A DNA stretch of 64,000 bases from an uncultured Holophagales bacterium (GTDB taxonomy: Bacteria; Acidobacteriota; Thermoanaerobaculia; Multivoradales; UBA5704): the NCBI GenBank assembly GCA_963842525.1, contig CAWJGT010000023.1, positions 1 through 64,000 on the forward strand, given 5' to 3'. A model generated the notes under the pieces. It was not told the origin of the DNA. It saw only the letters and a list, made by a program, of their open reading frames with translations, and did not search any database. Shown here one piece after another: positions 41,634-51,773 of this stretch (positions within the stretch are counted from its first letter, which is position 1; each line of letters begins with the position of its first letter). The position numbers and the translations under genes were made by a program.

Positions 41634-43589
41634 GTGAACGAACGATCTCGCCGCAGGCTCATCGCCCTCACGCTGGTCGCCGCGGTTGCCCTCGCGATCG
41701 CCCTCCTGGGCATTCCCTACCTCAGCGCCTTCTTCAAGATCACCCTGGCCGGCGGGGCCGTCCTCCTGTTCCTCCGGCTGTCGTGGAAGGCGTTCAAGAC
41801 CTTCCTCTACAAGGTCGGGCGGCGTCTCGCCTTCTCGTACTTCCTCCTCGGCGTGCTGCCGATCCCCATGGTCCTCCTGCTCCTGGGGTTCATTGCCTAC
41901 GTGCTCGCCGGGTTCTTCCTCGGGCACCTCTACCGGGATACGGTCGCGGAGCTCCAGGCCGAGCTCGACGCGGCGGCGCGGAGCCACGTCCAGACGCTGG
42001 TCCGCACCGGCAAACCGCCCACCGTGCGGGAGCCTGGCATCGCATTCGGCTATTACCACAGCGGGCGGCGGATCGCCGGCGACCCGCGGACTCCCGCGGC
42101 CTGGCCGAGCTGGGCGGGCCAGGGCAAACCACCCGAGCGCCGCCTCGACCGGGAGGAGGCCGCGCGCTTCTTTGCGCAGTCCAATGGCTCGCCGTCCCTG
42201 GGCACGGCCGCCATCGAGGCGGGGCACGGCGTCCTGGCCCTCACCACAACCCACCTCGACCGGGAGATCAGCCGGCGGGCCGACCTGTGGGTGGAGACGG
42301 ACCGTCCGGACGATCCGGACCTGATCGGGTTCGCAGGGCGTACCATCACTCTGCGCCAGTTCCGCCGCGAGCACCAGGTTGGCGAAGCCGAGCAGTACTT
42401 CAAGAGGATCTCGGGTGGCGAGCGGATCTGGGACGACCCGGTGCTCTGGTGGGCGGAGCTCACCGGCCCCCTGCTCGAACCGGCGACCGGAAGCCGCCTC
42501 TCAGACCAGTTGACCATCACGCTCAACAGCACGCCGCGCACCGTCCTGCGCCACCTCTTCTCCACCTCCGGCGAGACCGACTCGAAGGTATGGGCCGCCC
42601 TCGTGCTGGTCGCGGTGCTGCTCCTCGACATCTACGTGATCGCGGCGCTGATGGCCGTCTTCATGATCGTTGGGCTCTCTCTCGCGGTGAACCGCCTCAG
42701 CCGGGCCACCGCCGCGGTACGGGAGGGGGACTTTTCGGTGCGCATCCCGGTGCGGCGGCGCGACCAGCTCGGCGACCTCCAGCGCTCGTTCAACGAGATG
42801 TCGGCCAACCTGGAGACCCTGGTCGCCACCGCGGCACAAAAGGAGGTCCTGGAGAAGGAGCTGGCGATCGCCCGCGACCTCCAGAAGAGCCTGATCCCGA
42901 CCGACCTGCCGGCCGGCCAGGAGATCGAGCTGGCCACGCTGTTCGAGCCCAGCGCCGCGATCGGCGGCGACTATTTCGACGTGCTGCGCCTGTCCGAAAC
43001 CCAGCTCGCGGTGATCATCGCGGATGTCTCGGGCCACGGCCTGCCGACCGGGCTGCGCATGGCGATGCTCAAGGCCGCCCTGCTCATCCTGGTCGAGGAG
43101 ACCCGCGAGCCGGAGGAGATCCTGCGCCGGCTGGACGGGGTGGTACGAAACCAGAAGAGCCGGGTGTTCGTCACCGCCACCCTGGGGATGCTCGACCTGC
43201 GGACGGGCGACCTGCGCCTGACCAACGCCGGCCATCCGCCCACCTATCTGCTGCGCGGCGGCGCGGTCGAGGAGATCGTCCTCCCCGGCTCTCCCCTCGG
43301 CGGCCTGGGCCACACCTACGGGCGGGCCACGGTGACGCTCAAGCCGGGCGACGTGGTCGTCTGGCTCTCGGACGGGCTGATCGAGGCCACCGACGTCCAC
43401 GGGGAGCCGTTCGGCTATGAACGGGTCGTGCAGACGTTTGCGGCGTTCAACGGCACCCGGCCGCGGGCGGCCCAGGTCCGCGACAGCCTGCTCGCGGCCG
43501 TGGAGCGCTACGCCGGCGGCCAGCCGCCGAACGACGACCGGACGCTGGTGGTGATGCGGTATATGGGGCCGCGGGAAGTCGCCCCCTGA
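41634..43589 (+). CDS. Membrane SpoIIE/RsbU-type PP2C phosphatase with HAMP domain
   Basis: TM segments, HAMP RDQLGDLQRSFNEM, IGGDYFD, IADVSGHG, NAGH, SDGLIE, NDDRT. Confidence 0.9.
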   Translation: MNERSRRRLIALTLVAAVALAIALLGIPYLSAFFKITLAGGAVLLFLRLSWKAFKTFLYKVGRRLAFSYFLLGVLPIPMVLLLLGFIAYVLAGFFLGHLYRDTVAELQAELDAAARSHVQTLVRTGKPPTVREPGIAFGYYHSGRRIAGDPRTPAAWPSWAGQGKPPERRLDREEAARFFAQSNGSPSLGTAAIEAGHGVLALTTTHLDREISRRADLWVETDRPDDPDLIGFAGRTITLRQFRREHQVGEAEQYFKRISGGERIWDDPVLWWAELTGPLLEPATGSRLSDQLTITLNSTPRTVLRHLFSTSGETDSKVWAALVLVAVLLLDIYVIAALMAVFMIVGLSLAVNRLSRATAAVREGDFSVRIPVRRRDQLGDLQRSFNEMSANLETLVATAAQKEVLEKELAIARDLQKSLIPTDLPAGQEIELATLFEPSAAIGGDYFDVLRLSETQLAVIIADVSGHGLPTGLRMAMLKAALLILVEETREPEEILRRLDGVVRNQKSRVFVTATLGMLDLRTGDLRLTNAGHPPTYLLRGGAVEEIVLPGSPLGGLGHTYGRATVTLKPGDVVVWLSDGLIEATDVHGEPFGYERVVQTFAAFNGTRPRAAQVRDSLLAAVERYAGGQPPNDDRTLVVMRYMGPREVAP

Positions 43590-43629
43590 CCATTCTGCGG
43601 CACCCAAACGGCAGGACGAAAAACTGCTC

Positions 43630-44658
43630 CCCACCTCGACCTCGGCCGCCTGCCCATCCCCGGCCCCACCTTCGTCGGCCGCGACGCGGAAGCTCGCCCG
43701 TTTGGACGAGGCCTGGGAGGACCCGGCCACCCACGTCCTAACCCTGGTGGCCTTCGGAGGCGTGGGCAAATCGGCGCTGGTCGCCCGCTGGATGGACCGC
43801 ATGGCGGCCGACGGCTGGCGCGGCGCCGCGCGGGTGCTCGACTGGTCGTTCTACAGCCAGGGGAGCAAAGACCAAAACACCTCCGCCGAGCCGTTCATCG
43901 ATTACGCTCTCCGCTTCTTCGGCGATCCCGACCCCAAAGCCGGCTCCCTGCACGACCGCGGCACCCGCCTCGCCTCTCTAATCAGGATGGAGCGCACCCT
44001 TCTCGTCCTCGACGGCATCGAGCCCCTGCAATACCCGCCGGGCCGCCCGGAGATCGAGGGCCGTCTCAAGGACCACGGCCTCTCCGCTCTCCTCAAAGGC
44101 CTGGCCGCCGGCAACCCGGGCCTCTGCGTGGTCACCACTCGGGAGCAGATCGCCGACCTCGCCGGCTCCCCAAACACAGCGCCGCAGATCCCCCTGGAGG
44201 TATTAGAGCTGGGTGCGTCTGTGTCCTTGCTCCGCCAGCTCGGCGTGGCCGGCAGGGAGGTCGAGCTGCGCACCGCGGCCGAGGAGTTCCAACGGCACGC
44301 CCTTACCCTGACCCTCCTCGGCAACTTCCTGCGCCGGGCCCACGGCGGCGACGTCCGCAAGCGGCGCGAGATCGACCTCCATCAAGCCGACAAGAAACAG
44401 GGTGGCCACGCCTTCCGAGTAATCGCGGCCTATGCCCGCTGGCTGGGAGAGGGACCGGAGCTGGAGATCCTGCGCCTCCTCGGCCTCTTCGACCGGCCTG
44501 CGGAAGCCAGCGCCCTGAAGGCCCTGCGCGCCGCGTTTGCGCCCGGTCGTTTGGTGGTGACGGACTGGGGCGTCTCTACCTGCGTTCCAGACGGGAGAGG
44601 GGACCCCTACATCTCAGCCAGCGTCAATCCCAGATTCGAGAAGATCCGCCGCACGTAG
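43630..44658 (+). pseudogene. STAND/NB-ARC-like NTPase fragment
   Basis: RLPIPGPTFVGRDA(E)L, Walker A GGVGKS, WSFYSQG, Walker B LLVLDGIEPLQ, VVTTR, HALTLTLLG; no start or N-terminal domain, ends abruptly after GLFDRPA. Confidence 0.75.
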
Positions 44659-45328
44659 TTGCGGGTCTCGCGATAGGGGGGGATGCCCTGGTAGCGGAGG
44701 ACGGCGTTCTCGCCTGCGTTGTAGGCGGCGAGGACCTTGGCGAGGTCGTTGGGGAATTGGTCGACCAGCCAGCTCAGGTAGCGGACCCCGGCCTCGACGT
44801 TCTCCGCGGGGTCGAAGAGCTTCTCCTTGCGCACCCCGAAGCGGATCGCCGTCGCGGGCATGAGCTGCATGAGGCCGCGCGCACCCTTGTGCGAGACCGC
44901 CCGCTTATTGCCGGCCGACTCCTGGCGGATCAGCGCCGCGACCACCGTCGGGTTGACCTTGTGCTTGCGCGCCGCCTCGTAGATGAGCTGGCCGTAGGGG
45001 CCTTCGGGAACCGGCTGGTCCTCGGCGAAGCGGAGCGGGATGGGGGGCTCGGGAACGGGTGGCACCTCCGCGGCAGCGGCCACGGCGGCCGGCTCGGGCT
45101 CGGGCCACTCGACCTCGTCATCCAGGACCCGCTCGACGCGCTCGATGGGAAGCGTCATGGCCCCGCCGAAGCCGAGCGTCAGCCGCGCCTGGTCCTCCCC
45201 CGCCTCATAGGCCTTGACCTTGAAAACGCTGCCGTCGGTGAGGACCACGAGCCCGCCCGCACGGGCACGGCGAAGCCGAGGAAGGCGATGGGGACGAGGA
45301 GGACGGGATTACAAGGTCTGCGCGTCAT
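44607..45328 (-). CDS. Lytic transglycosylase (SLT domain), frameshift near 45255
   Basis: Signal peptide, ALIRQES, SHKGARGLMQLMPATA, LAAYNAGE, PPYRETRNYV. Confidence 0.88.
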
Positions 45329-45508
45329 TGCTGCCGGCTCTCCGGGTCAAGGCGTCGCTGATTGTACGGACAGACGGGCCAAAACGCCTAGTCCCGCCCA
45401 GAAAAACTACGAGCTTTGCTCAAGAGGGAGAACCAGGAGCGGGACGGCAGGTATTCCGGAAGCGAGAGAGGGGGCCGCCCCCAGCAGGAGCGGCCCTGGT
45501 GACGCGCT

Positions 45509-45901
45509 TCAGTTGAGCAGATAGCAGTCGCGCTCCGCGATGGTGTCGCACTCGGTGTAGAAGATGGCGTTGCTGTAGACGTACGCCTTCTTGCACTGCG
45601 GCCCGCCCGGATTGATGGTGAACTCCCAGACCGAATAGCCGGAGGACGGATTGTCCGACTTCCAGGCGAAGGTGACCTTACGGTTGTCGATGAACGTCAT
45701 GCCGGGGTCCTTGAAGCGTTCGATCCCGCGCTGCAGGGTAAAGCTCCCGGCGACGTTGATCTCGGAGGACCCGGTGCCGATGAAGTACCCGTTCTGGAAG
45801 TGGTAGCAGAAGTAGCTCCCGGAACGCGGCAGGACGACCGCATGGGCAGAGGCGGCGGCGACGGTGGCGAGCAGCAACGCGAACAGAACGACCTTTTTCA
45901 T
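45509..45901 (-). CDS. Small secreted beta-rich protein with 4 Cys
   Basis: AAGGAG RBS, signal peptide MKKVVLFALLLATVAAASAHA. Confidence 0.75.
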   Translation of the reverse strand: MKKVVLFALLLATVAAASAHAVVLPRSGSYFCYHFQNGYFIGTGSSEINVAGSFTLQRGIERFKDPGMTFIDNRKVTFAWKSDNPSSGYSVWEFTINPGGPQCKKAYVYSNAIFYTECDTIAERDCYLLN

Positions 45902-45966
45902 GACTCACTTCTCCTTGCCAGAGTGGCGGAGCGGGGTTGATTCCCCGTGTTCGCGCTCTTCTCAAG

Positions 45967-46080
45967 GCAAGGCGGAGGCCAGACGCCAAGCTATTGAGAG
46001 ATAGAGACTTGTAAGATCTGCCCGTCCCGTCTTCGGGATGGGAGGCCAGTAGGGAAGGAGATCTGTCCCGAATCCGGGAC
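45967..46080 (-). promoter_or_regulatory. sigma54 promoter with IHF-like site and two enhancer dyads
   Basis: Minus strand TGGCCTCCGCCTTGC (45967-45981); CTCAATAGCTTG IHF-like; GTCCCG-N4-CGGGAT (46024) and GTCCCG-N4-CGGGAC (46065). Confidence 0.65.
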
Positions 46081-46084
46081 CGGC

Positions 46085-47848
46085 TCAGGCGGGGGCTTCG
46101 CCGAGCCCCAGCTCCTTGAGCTTGCGGTAGTACGTGGTGCGGGAGACTCCGAGCAGCTCCATGGCCCGGGATGCATCGCCTTCGGCGGCGGCGAGGGCCA
46201 CGGCGAATGCTTCGCGCTCGGCGCGCAGGACCGTCTCTTCGAGGGTGAGGCAGCGGGCACCCTGGTCAGGAACCTGGCGGACCCGCTCCGCGAGGTGCTC
46301 GAGGTCGAGGGGCTCCCCCGGCTCCAGCAGCAGGGCGGCCTTGGCGATCTCGTTCTGGAGCTCGCGGACGTTGCCGGGCCAGGGATGGCGGACCAGGGCG
46401 CCCAGGGCGGCGCGGGTGATGCCGGGGCTCGTGAGCCCGTTCTTCTCCAGCTCGCGGTGGAAGAAGCGGGCGGCGAGCGACGGGATCTCCTCTTTCCGCT
46501 CCCGCAGCGGCGGGAGCTTCACCTGGAAGGCGGCCAGGCGGTGGAAGAGGTCGCGGCGGAAAACCCCCTCCTCCACCAGCGCGTCCAGCTCCCGGTTGGT
46601 CGCCGAAATCAGGCGAACATCGACCTGGACGGGGTTGCGCCCGCCGACCCGGTAGAAGCTCGTGCTTTCGAGCACCCGCAGCACCTTGGCCTGGGTCTCC
46701 GGGGCCATGTCGCCGACCTCGTCCAGGAAGACCGTGCCGCCGCTGGCGCGCTCGAGGAGCCCGGGCCGGGCCTCGACGCCGGTGGCGACCCCGCGCTCGA
46801 TACCAAACAGCTCGGCCTCCAGCAGCTCCTTGGGCAGGGCCGCGCAGTTGACGGCCAGGAAGGGGCCTTCGGCGCGCCGCGACCGGGCATGGATCCAGCG
46901 CGCCAGCACCTCCTTGCCGGCGCCAGACTCGCCGAGGACCAGCACCGGCACGTTGCCGCGCGCCACCTTGCCGGCGCTGCGGTAGATCCGCGACGTTTCC
47001 CTGCCCAGGCCCGGCGGCGGGATCAGCTCTCCCGAGCCGCGCGAGGGCCGGGATGAGCCTTCGCTCTCGCCCCAGCGGCGCCTGCGGCCCGGGCCGGCGT
47101 CGAGCAAGGCGAGCGCCAGCCGGAGCAGGGACGTGAGAGCTACGAGGCGCACTGGCTCGGGCGCGCGCAGCCGGACCTTCCAGCCGCCGGGTCCTTCGAC
47201 CTCCAAACTCTCCACGGCCCCGGGGGCCTGCTGCAGGGTCGAAGCCGCGGCGACGAGCGCGTCTCCCCGCGTGGCCGGGCGCAGGAATTCGACCCGGCTG
47301 ACAGGGAGCACCTCGATCCAACGCTGCGCCAGGGCGGCGGCGGTCTCTTCGGGGCCGGCGGAGGTCTCGAGCAGCGGGACAAGGACTTCCTGGAGGCTTT
47401 CGGCCAGGCGCTCGACGGGGTGGAGCCCCACGGTGGTGAGCCCCTCCTGCGGCGGCGTCTGAGCCTGGGCTATGCCTGCACCCTCGTCCCGTGGGGGAGA
47501 GAGCAGCACCTGCATCCGCGCCGGATCCTCGGTCTGGAGCAGCGTCTGGACCGCGCCGAAGGCGATCGCCGCAGAGCCGCAGACCCCGCAAACCACCACT
47601 TCCTGGATGCGCCGCCCGGCGAGGAAGGTGCCGTTCTTCGAGCCGAGATCCGTGACCACGGCTCCGCCGTCGGCCAACACCCGGAGGAGGGCGTGCCGCC
47701 GGGAGATCCCCGGCAGGTCGAGCGGGAGGTCCGCGTCAGGGGCAGAGCCCACGACGTGCTCGCCCGGCGCGAGGCGGAAGCGCCGGACGGTCGAGCCGTC
47801 GCCGCTCAGGATCTTGAGGACGTAGAGGAAGTCGGGCTCATCGGCCAC
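46085..47848 (-). CDS. FHA-domain sigma54 enhancer-binding protein
   Basis: FHA ISRRHA, DLGSKNGT; GESGAGKE, AVNCAAL, ELFG, FLDEVG, FRRDLFHRL, WPGNVREL, Fis-type HTH. Confidence 0.9.
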   Translation of the reverse strand: MADEPDFLYVLKILSGDGSTVRRFRLAPGEHVVGSAPDADLPLDLPGISRRHALLRVLADGGAVVTDLGSKNGTFLAGRRIQEVVVCGVCGSAAIAFGAVQTLLQTEDPARMQVLLSPPRDEGAGIAQAQTPPQEGLTTVGLHPVERLAESLQEVLVPLLETSAGPEETAAALAQRWIEVLPVSRVEFLRPATRGDALVAAASTLQQAPGAVESLEVEGPGGWKVRLRAPEPVRLVALTSLLRLALALLDAGPGRRRRWGESEGSSRPSRGSGELIPPPGLGRETSRIYRSAGKVARGNVPVLVLGESGAGKEVLARWIHARSRRAEGPFLAVNCAALPKELLEAELFGIERGVATGVEARPGLLERASGGTVFLDEVGDMAPETQAKVLRVLESTSFYRVGGRNPVQVDVRLISATNRELDALVEEGVFRRDLFHRLAAFQVKLPPLRERKEEIPSLAARFFHRELEKNGLTSPGITRAALGALVRHPWPGNVRELQNEIAKAALLLEPGEPLDLEHLAERVRQVPDQGARCLTLEETVLRAEREAFAVALAAAEGDASRAMELLGVSRTTYYRKLKELGLGEAPA

Positions 47849-47857
47849 GCGAGGAGT

Positions 47858-50656
47858 CTACTCTCGCGGCAGGCTTGCGAGCTGCCTCGCCGGGCGGCCC
47901 GGCGATGCGCCATGCGCGGCGAGCCAGGCTTCATTCTGCTTCCTCTGCGCGACGGCCACGGCGCTGGATCCGTAGCCATCCAGGGCGAGGCGAGCCTGCT
48001 GCAGCGCCCTCTGCCGGTCGCCGCGACCGTCCCAGAGAGAGCGCGCCAGGACGAAGCGGGCCTCGGCGATGAAACCCGGATCGATGGGCCGGCCCTCGCG
48101 CAGGGCCAGGGCGCGTTCGGCGAGCGGCAGGGCCTCCTGGGCACGGTCGAGCTCCAGGAGAGCTTTGGAAACTCCGATCAGGCCGACGGCCAGGTCCGGA
48201 TTGTCGGGACCAAAGCTCTTCTCGAAGATCGCCAGGACTCTGCGGAAGGCGGCCAGCGACTCCTCCTGGCGCCCCTGGAGCGCCAGCGTGTCGCCCAGGC
48301 CGCTCAGCGTCATGCCCACGTAGGGATGCTCGGGCCCGAGGCCCTTCTCGAAGGCCGGGAGCGCCTGCTCGAAACAGCGCAGTGCCTCGCCAAGACGGCC
48401 GCTGTCCTTGTAGGCGAGCCCCATGCTGTAGAACGCGCCGAGGGCCAGGTAGTGATCGGGGCCATAGTGCTGCCGAAGCGTCTTGTAAGCACGCTGGAAG
48501 GCGCTCAGGGCTTCCTCCTCACGCCCCAGGTTCATAAGGATGTTCCCGAGGGCGGTATACGACCTGCCGAAATCGGGGTGCCCCGGCGCCAGAATCTTTT
48601 CGCGGATCGCGAGGCCTCGGCGGAGGTGGCGGAGCGCCTCCTCCTCGTGCCCCATCTGATCCTCGATAGCGCTGAGGTTGGTCAGGAGCGAGGCGACATC
48701 GGGCTGCTCGGGGCCGAGGCTCCGCTCGGCCAGCGCCAGAGCGCGCAGCGAGACATCGCGCGCCTCGGTGAACCGCCGCTCTTCCGCCAGGACCATTCCC
48801 AGATGCCGGAGGACCCCGGACCGTACGTTGTCCCCCATCCGGCCCCCTTCCGCCATCCCCTCGGCGAGACGCGCCCAACGGTACCCCTCCTCGGGCCGGG
48901 AGAGCTTGTGGCCGACGATCGCGGCGAGCTGCGAGGCGGCCTGCGCTGCAAGCTCCTGGTGCCCGGCTACTTCGGCAGCGACGAGTGCTTCGAACAGGGT
49001 CGCCTCGGCACCCTGGAGATCGCCGGTCACGTCTTGGAGGCGGGCCTGTTGGTACAGCGCTTCCGCCTCCAGGGGGCGGTAGCCAAGCCTCCGAGCCAGG
49101 TCGACGGCCACGCCGGCCTTCGGCAACGACTCCTTGTGCTTGCCCGCGATCAGACCGGCCAGCACCTCCGCCACCTTCGCGCGCACGGCCTCCACCCGCG
49201 CCCGCAGCTCCGGGTCGCGCGGCGGCGGGACCTTGGCGGTCAGCGCCTCGCGGTCCGCGCAGGTCTCGATCCGCGGCAGGGCGCTCACGGCATTGAGAGC
49301 CTTCTCCACCACCTGCGCATCGGCCTGCGCGAACAGGCCGACCGTGGCATCGACCTCCTGCATCCTCTGGTCGAGGCAGAACATCCGCCGGTCGAGGAGG
49401 TCCTCCGACTGCTCGCCGCGCAGGCGCGTCGCCTCACAGGACTCGCGATGCATCGTTGCCCAGCGACCGGTGTGCTCGTCGAGCGCGCGTTCCACCAGCG
49501 CCCAGACCTTCCCGGCCTGCGCCAGGCCGGTCGCCGCAAAGGCTGCCCGGACGGCCTCCTTGCGGTCCGCATTCCAGACCCCCGCGACCCGGCTCTCCGC
49601 GCCGCGGCAGAGCTGGTTGCGCGCCGTGCGGTCGCGCTCCCAGGCGACGAGGCCCCCGATGGCCACCAGGACCAAGGCCGCAGCGGCCAGCCAGCGCCAG
49701 CGGACGGCCGTTGGATCGCGGTCCAGGGCGGCGAGGAGGTCGTCCATCGAGGGATGGCGCCGCGCCGGGTCGGCATCGAGGCCGCGGAGCACTACCTGGC
49801 GCAGCCAGGAGGGGACGCGGCGGTCCATGGCCGTCTCGCTGCCCTCCTGGTCCGCGGCCGGCCGCACGCCGAAGAGCGCTTCGTGGAGGGTCACGCAAAA
49901 GGCGTACTGGTCGCTCCGCGCGTCAGTAGACTCGCCGCGGCGCTGCTCCGGCGCCATGTAGGCCGGCGTCCCCACGGCCATCCCCCACGCGGTCAGCGAT
50001 GCGGTCAGGGGGCTCACCTCGATGGCCGTGGGCTCCTCCGGCTTGTCGCCGGGCCGGCCCGCCTGCCGCGCCAGGCCAAAGTCGGCGACCCGCACCCGCC
50101 CGTCCCCTCCCAGCAGGACGTTCTCCGGCTTGAAGTCCCGGTGTACCAGGCCGGCCGCATGGGCCGCCGCAAGACCGCGCCCGGCGGGGAGCAGGACGGC
50201 GAGCACCTCCCGCCAGGAGCGCCGCTCCTCGACGAGCCACTGCCGCAGGTTCCGTCCCTCGACGAGCTCCATGGCCACGAAGACCCGGTCGTCGAAGGTC
50301 CCCGTGTCATAGACAGCCACGACATTGGGATGGGAGAGGCGGGCGATGGCCTGTGCTTCACGCAGCAGGCGGAGGCGGTCCCCCTCTCCGGAGGAGCCGG
50401 TCCGGTCCGGACGGAGGAGCTTGAGAGCGACCTTGCGGTCCAGCTCGGGGTCGTAGCCCGCATAGACCACCCCCATGCCGCCCCGGCCGATCGCGTCAAG
50501 GACCAGGTAGCGGCCGACCGAGGCGCCGCGCGGCAGGGGTGCCGGGTCGGCGGCCTCCCGCGGGACCCACGGGCCGCCCTTCGCGGCGATGTGGACGGTG
50601 TCCGTCGCTTCCGGGGGCCTCTGGGAGGGGGGTAGATCGGGCATGGCAAGCTCCAC
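47858..50656 (-). CDS. Membrane Ser/Thr kinase with extracellular TPR repeats
   Basis: GRGGMGVVY, VALK, HRDFKPEN, DFGLA, GTPAYMAPE, TM segment, kinesin-light-chain-like TPRs. Confidence 0.92.
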   Translation of the reverse strand: MELAMPDLPPSQRPPEATDTVHIAAKGGPWVPREAADPAPLPRGASVGRYLVLDAIGRGGMGVVYAGYDPELDRKVALKLLRPDRTGSSGEGDRLRLLREAQAIARLSHPNVVAVYDTGTFDDRVFVAMELVEGRNLRQWLVEERRSWREVLAVLLPAGRGLAAAHAAGLVHRDFKPENVLLGGDGRVRVADFGLARQAGRPGDKPEEPTAIEVSPLTASLTAWGMAVGTPAYMAPEQRRGESTDARSDQYAFCVTLHEALFGVRPAADQEGSETAMDRRVPSWLRQVVLRGLDADPARRHPSMDDLLAALDRDPTAVRWRWLAAAALVLVAIGGLVAWERDRTARNQLCRGAESRVAGVWNADRKEAVRAAFAATGLAQAGKVWALVERALDEHTGRWATMHRESCEATRLRGEQSEDLLDRRMFCLDQRMQEVDATVGLFAQADAQVVEKALNAVSALPRIETCADREALTAKVPPPRDPELRARVEAVRAKVAEVLAGLIAGKHKESLPKAGVAVDLARRLGYRPLEAEALYQQARLQDVTGDLQGAEATLFEALVAAEVAGHQELAAQAASQLAAIVGHKLSRPEEGYRWARLAEGMAEGGRMGDNVRSGVLRHLGMVLAEERRFTEARDVSLRALALAERSLGPEQPDVASLLTNLSAIEDQMGHEEEALRHLRRGLAIREKILAPGHPDFGRSYTALGNILMNLGREEEALSAFQRAYKTLRQHYGPDHYLALGAFYSMGLAYKDSGRLGEALRCFEQALPAFEKGLGPEHPYVGMTLSGLGDTLALQGRQEESLAAFRRVLAIFEKSFGPDNPDLAVGLIGVSKALLELDRAQEALPLAERALALREGRPIDPGFIAEARFVLARSLWDGRGDRQRALQQARLALDGYGSSAVAVAQRKQNEAWLAAHGASPGRPARQLASLPRE

Positions 50657-50722
50657 GGTGCAGGACAGAGTGTGGCTCTTTCATGTCCTGGTGCGCAAAT
50701 GCACCGATCTATTTCGGCGGAC

Positions 50723-51703
50723 CTACGATCGCGGATGGAAACGGTCGTAGAGGGTCTTCAGGCGCTGCTGGTGGATGTGGGTGTAGATCTGGGTCGTCGA
50801 GATGTCGGCATGGCCGAGCATGGTCTGGACGGCCCGCAGGTCGGCCCCGTGCTCCAGCAGGTGGGTCGCGAAGCTGTGGCGCAGGACGTGAGGGGACAGC
50901 GGCGAGCACACGCCCGCCGCGAGGCCGTGTTTCTTGAGGATCTTCCAGAACCCCACGCGGCTCATGGGATTGCCGGCGGCGTTCGCGAAGACGGCCTGGT
51001 GCCGCCCCGGGGCGAGCCGCGGCCGGACCTCCCGCAGGTAGCGCTGGACCCAATGCTCGGCCGCCTCGCCGACCGGCACGATCCGCTCCTTGCTCCCCTT
51101 GCCGAAGGCGACCAGGAAGCCGGCCTCCAGACGGAGCTGCGGGAGCTGGAGCCCTACGAGCTCGCTCACCCGCAGCCCGGTCGCGTAGAGCAGCTCGAGC
51201 ATGGCCCGGTCGCGCAGGCCGAGCGAGGTCGCGACGTCGGGCGCGTGGAGCAGGGCCTCGACCTCCTCCTCCGACAGCACCTTGGGGAGCGGGCGCCCGA
51301 GCCGCGGCGGCAGGAGGTTGACCGCCGGGTTGTCCTTGCGTTCGCCGAGCAGGATGAGGTTTTCGTAGAAGCCGCGGAGGGCCGAGAGTGCCCGACTGAT
51401 CGAGCGCGGGGACAACCCCTGGCGGTTCAAGTCCCGCAAGTGGCCGGCAAGGGCCTGGGCGTCGGCGGTGAGCAGGTCGCTCTTCTTCTTCGCCAGCGCC
51501 TCGCCCAGCCGGGTGAGGTCGTTCCTGTAGCCGTCAACCGTGTTTTTGGAGAGGCCCCGCTCCACCGCGAGGCTCTCCAGATAGCGATCGAGGGCGCGCC
51601 GCCAGGTGGACCCCTCACCCCCGGCCCCTCTCCCATCCGCCCTCCCGGACCCCCGGGAGAGGGGAGTCGAGACGTTTCGGCCCGTATCTCCTTTTCTCTT
51701 CAT
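50723..51703 (-). CDS. xerD: Tyrosine recombinase XerD
   Basis: ERGLSKNT, RDRAMLELLYATGLRVSEL, GKGSKERIVP, SPHVLRHSFATHLL, LGHADISTTQIYT. Confidence 0.92.
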   Translation of the reverse strand: MKRKGDTGRNVSTPLSRGSGRADGRGAGGEGSTWRRALDRYLESLAVERGLSKNTVDGYRNDLTRLGEALAKKKSDLLTADAQALAGHLRDLNRQGLSPRSISRALSALRGFYENLILLGERKDNPAVNLLPPRLGRPLPKVLSEEEVEALLHAPDVATSLGLRDRAMLELLYATGLRVSELVGLQLPQLRLEAGFLVAFGKGSKERIVPVGEAAEHWVQRYLREVRPRLAPGRHQAVFANAAGNPMSRVGFWKILKKHGLAAGVCSPLSPHVLRHSFATHLLEHGADLRAVQTMLGHADISTTQIYTHIHQQRLKTLYDRFHPRS

Positions 51704-51771
51704 GATTCCCCCCTCTCCCGTGCGGTTGGGAGGGCGGATGGGAGAGGGGGGTCGTCAGGGGGGTGAGGGGC
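51610..51771. repeat. Inverted pair of REP-like elements at the leuA-xerD junction
   Basis: CCCCTCACCCCCGGCCCCTCTCCCATCCGCCC...GGGAGAGGGG and its reverse copy ending GGGGGTGAGGGG. Confidence 0.75.
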
Positions 51772-51773
51772 CG

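Noticed and set aside
47420-50635. Long antisense or alternate-frame ORFs (e.g. 47420-50635, 8038-10458, 38258-40849, 59270-61312)
   Set aside because: Shadow ORFs expected at high GC; Arg/Pro/Gly-rich with no motifs, and opposite well-supported genes.
50723-51703. Phage or island integrase marking the Zorya-like locus as mobile
   Set aside because: The sequence is a typical chromosomal XerD in an operon with leuA/leuB-like genes, and I identified no att repeats.
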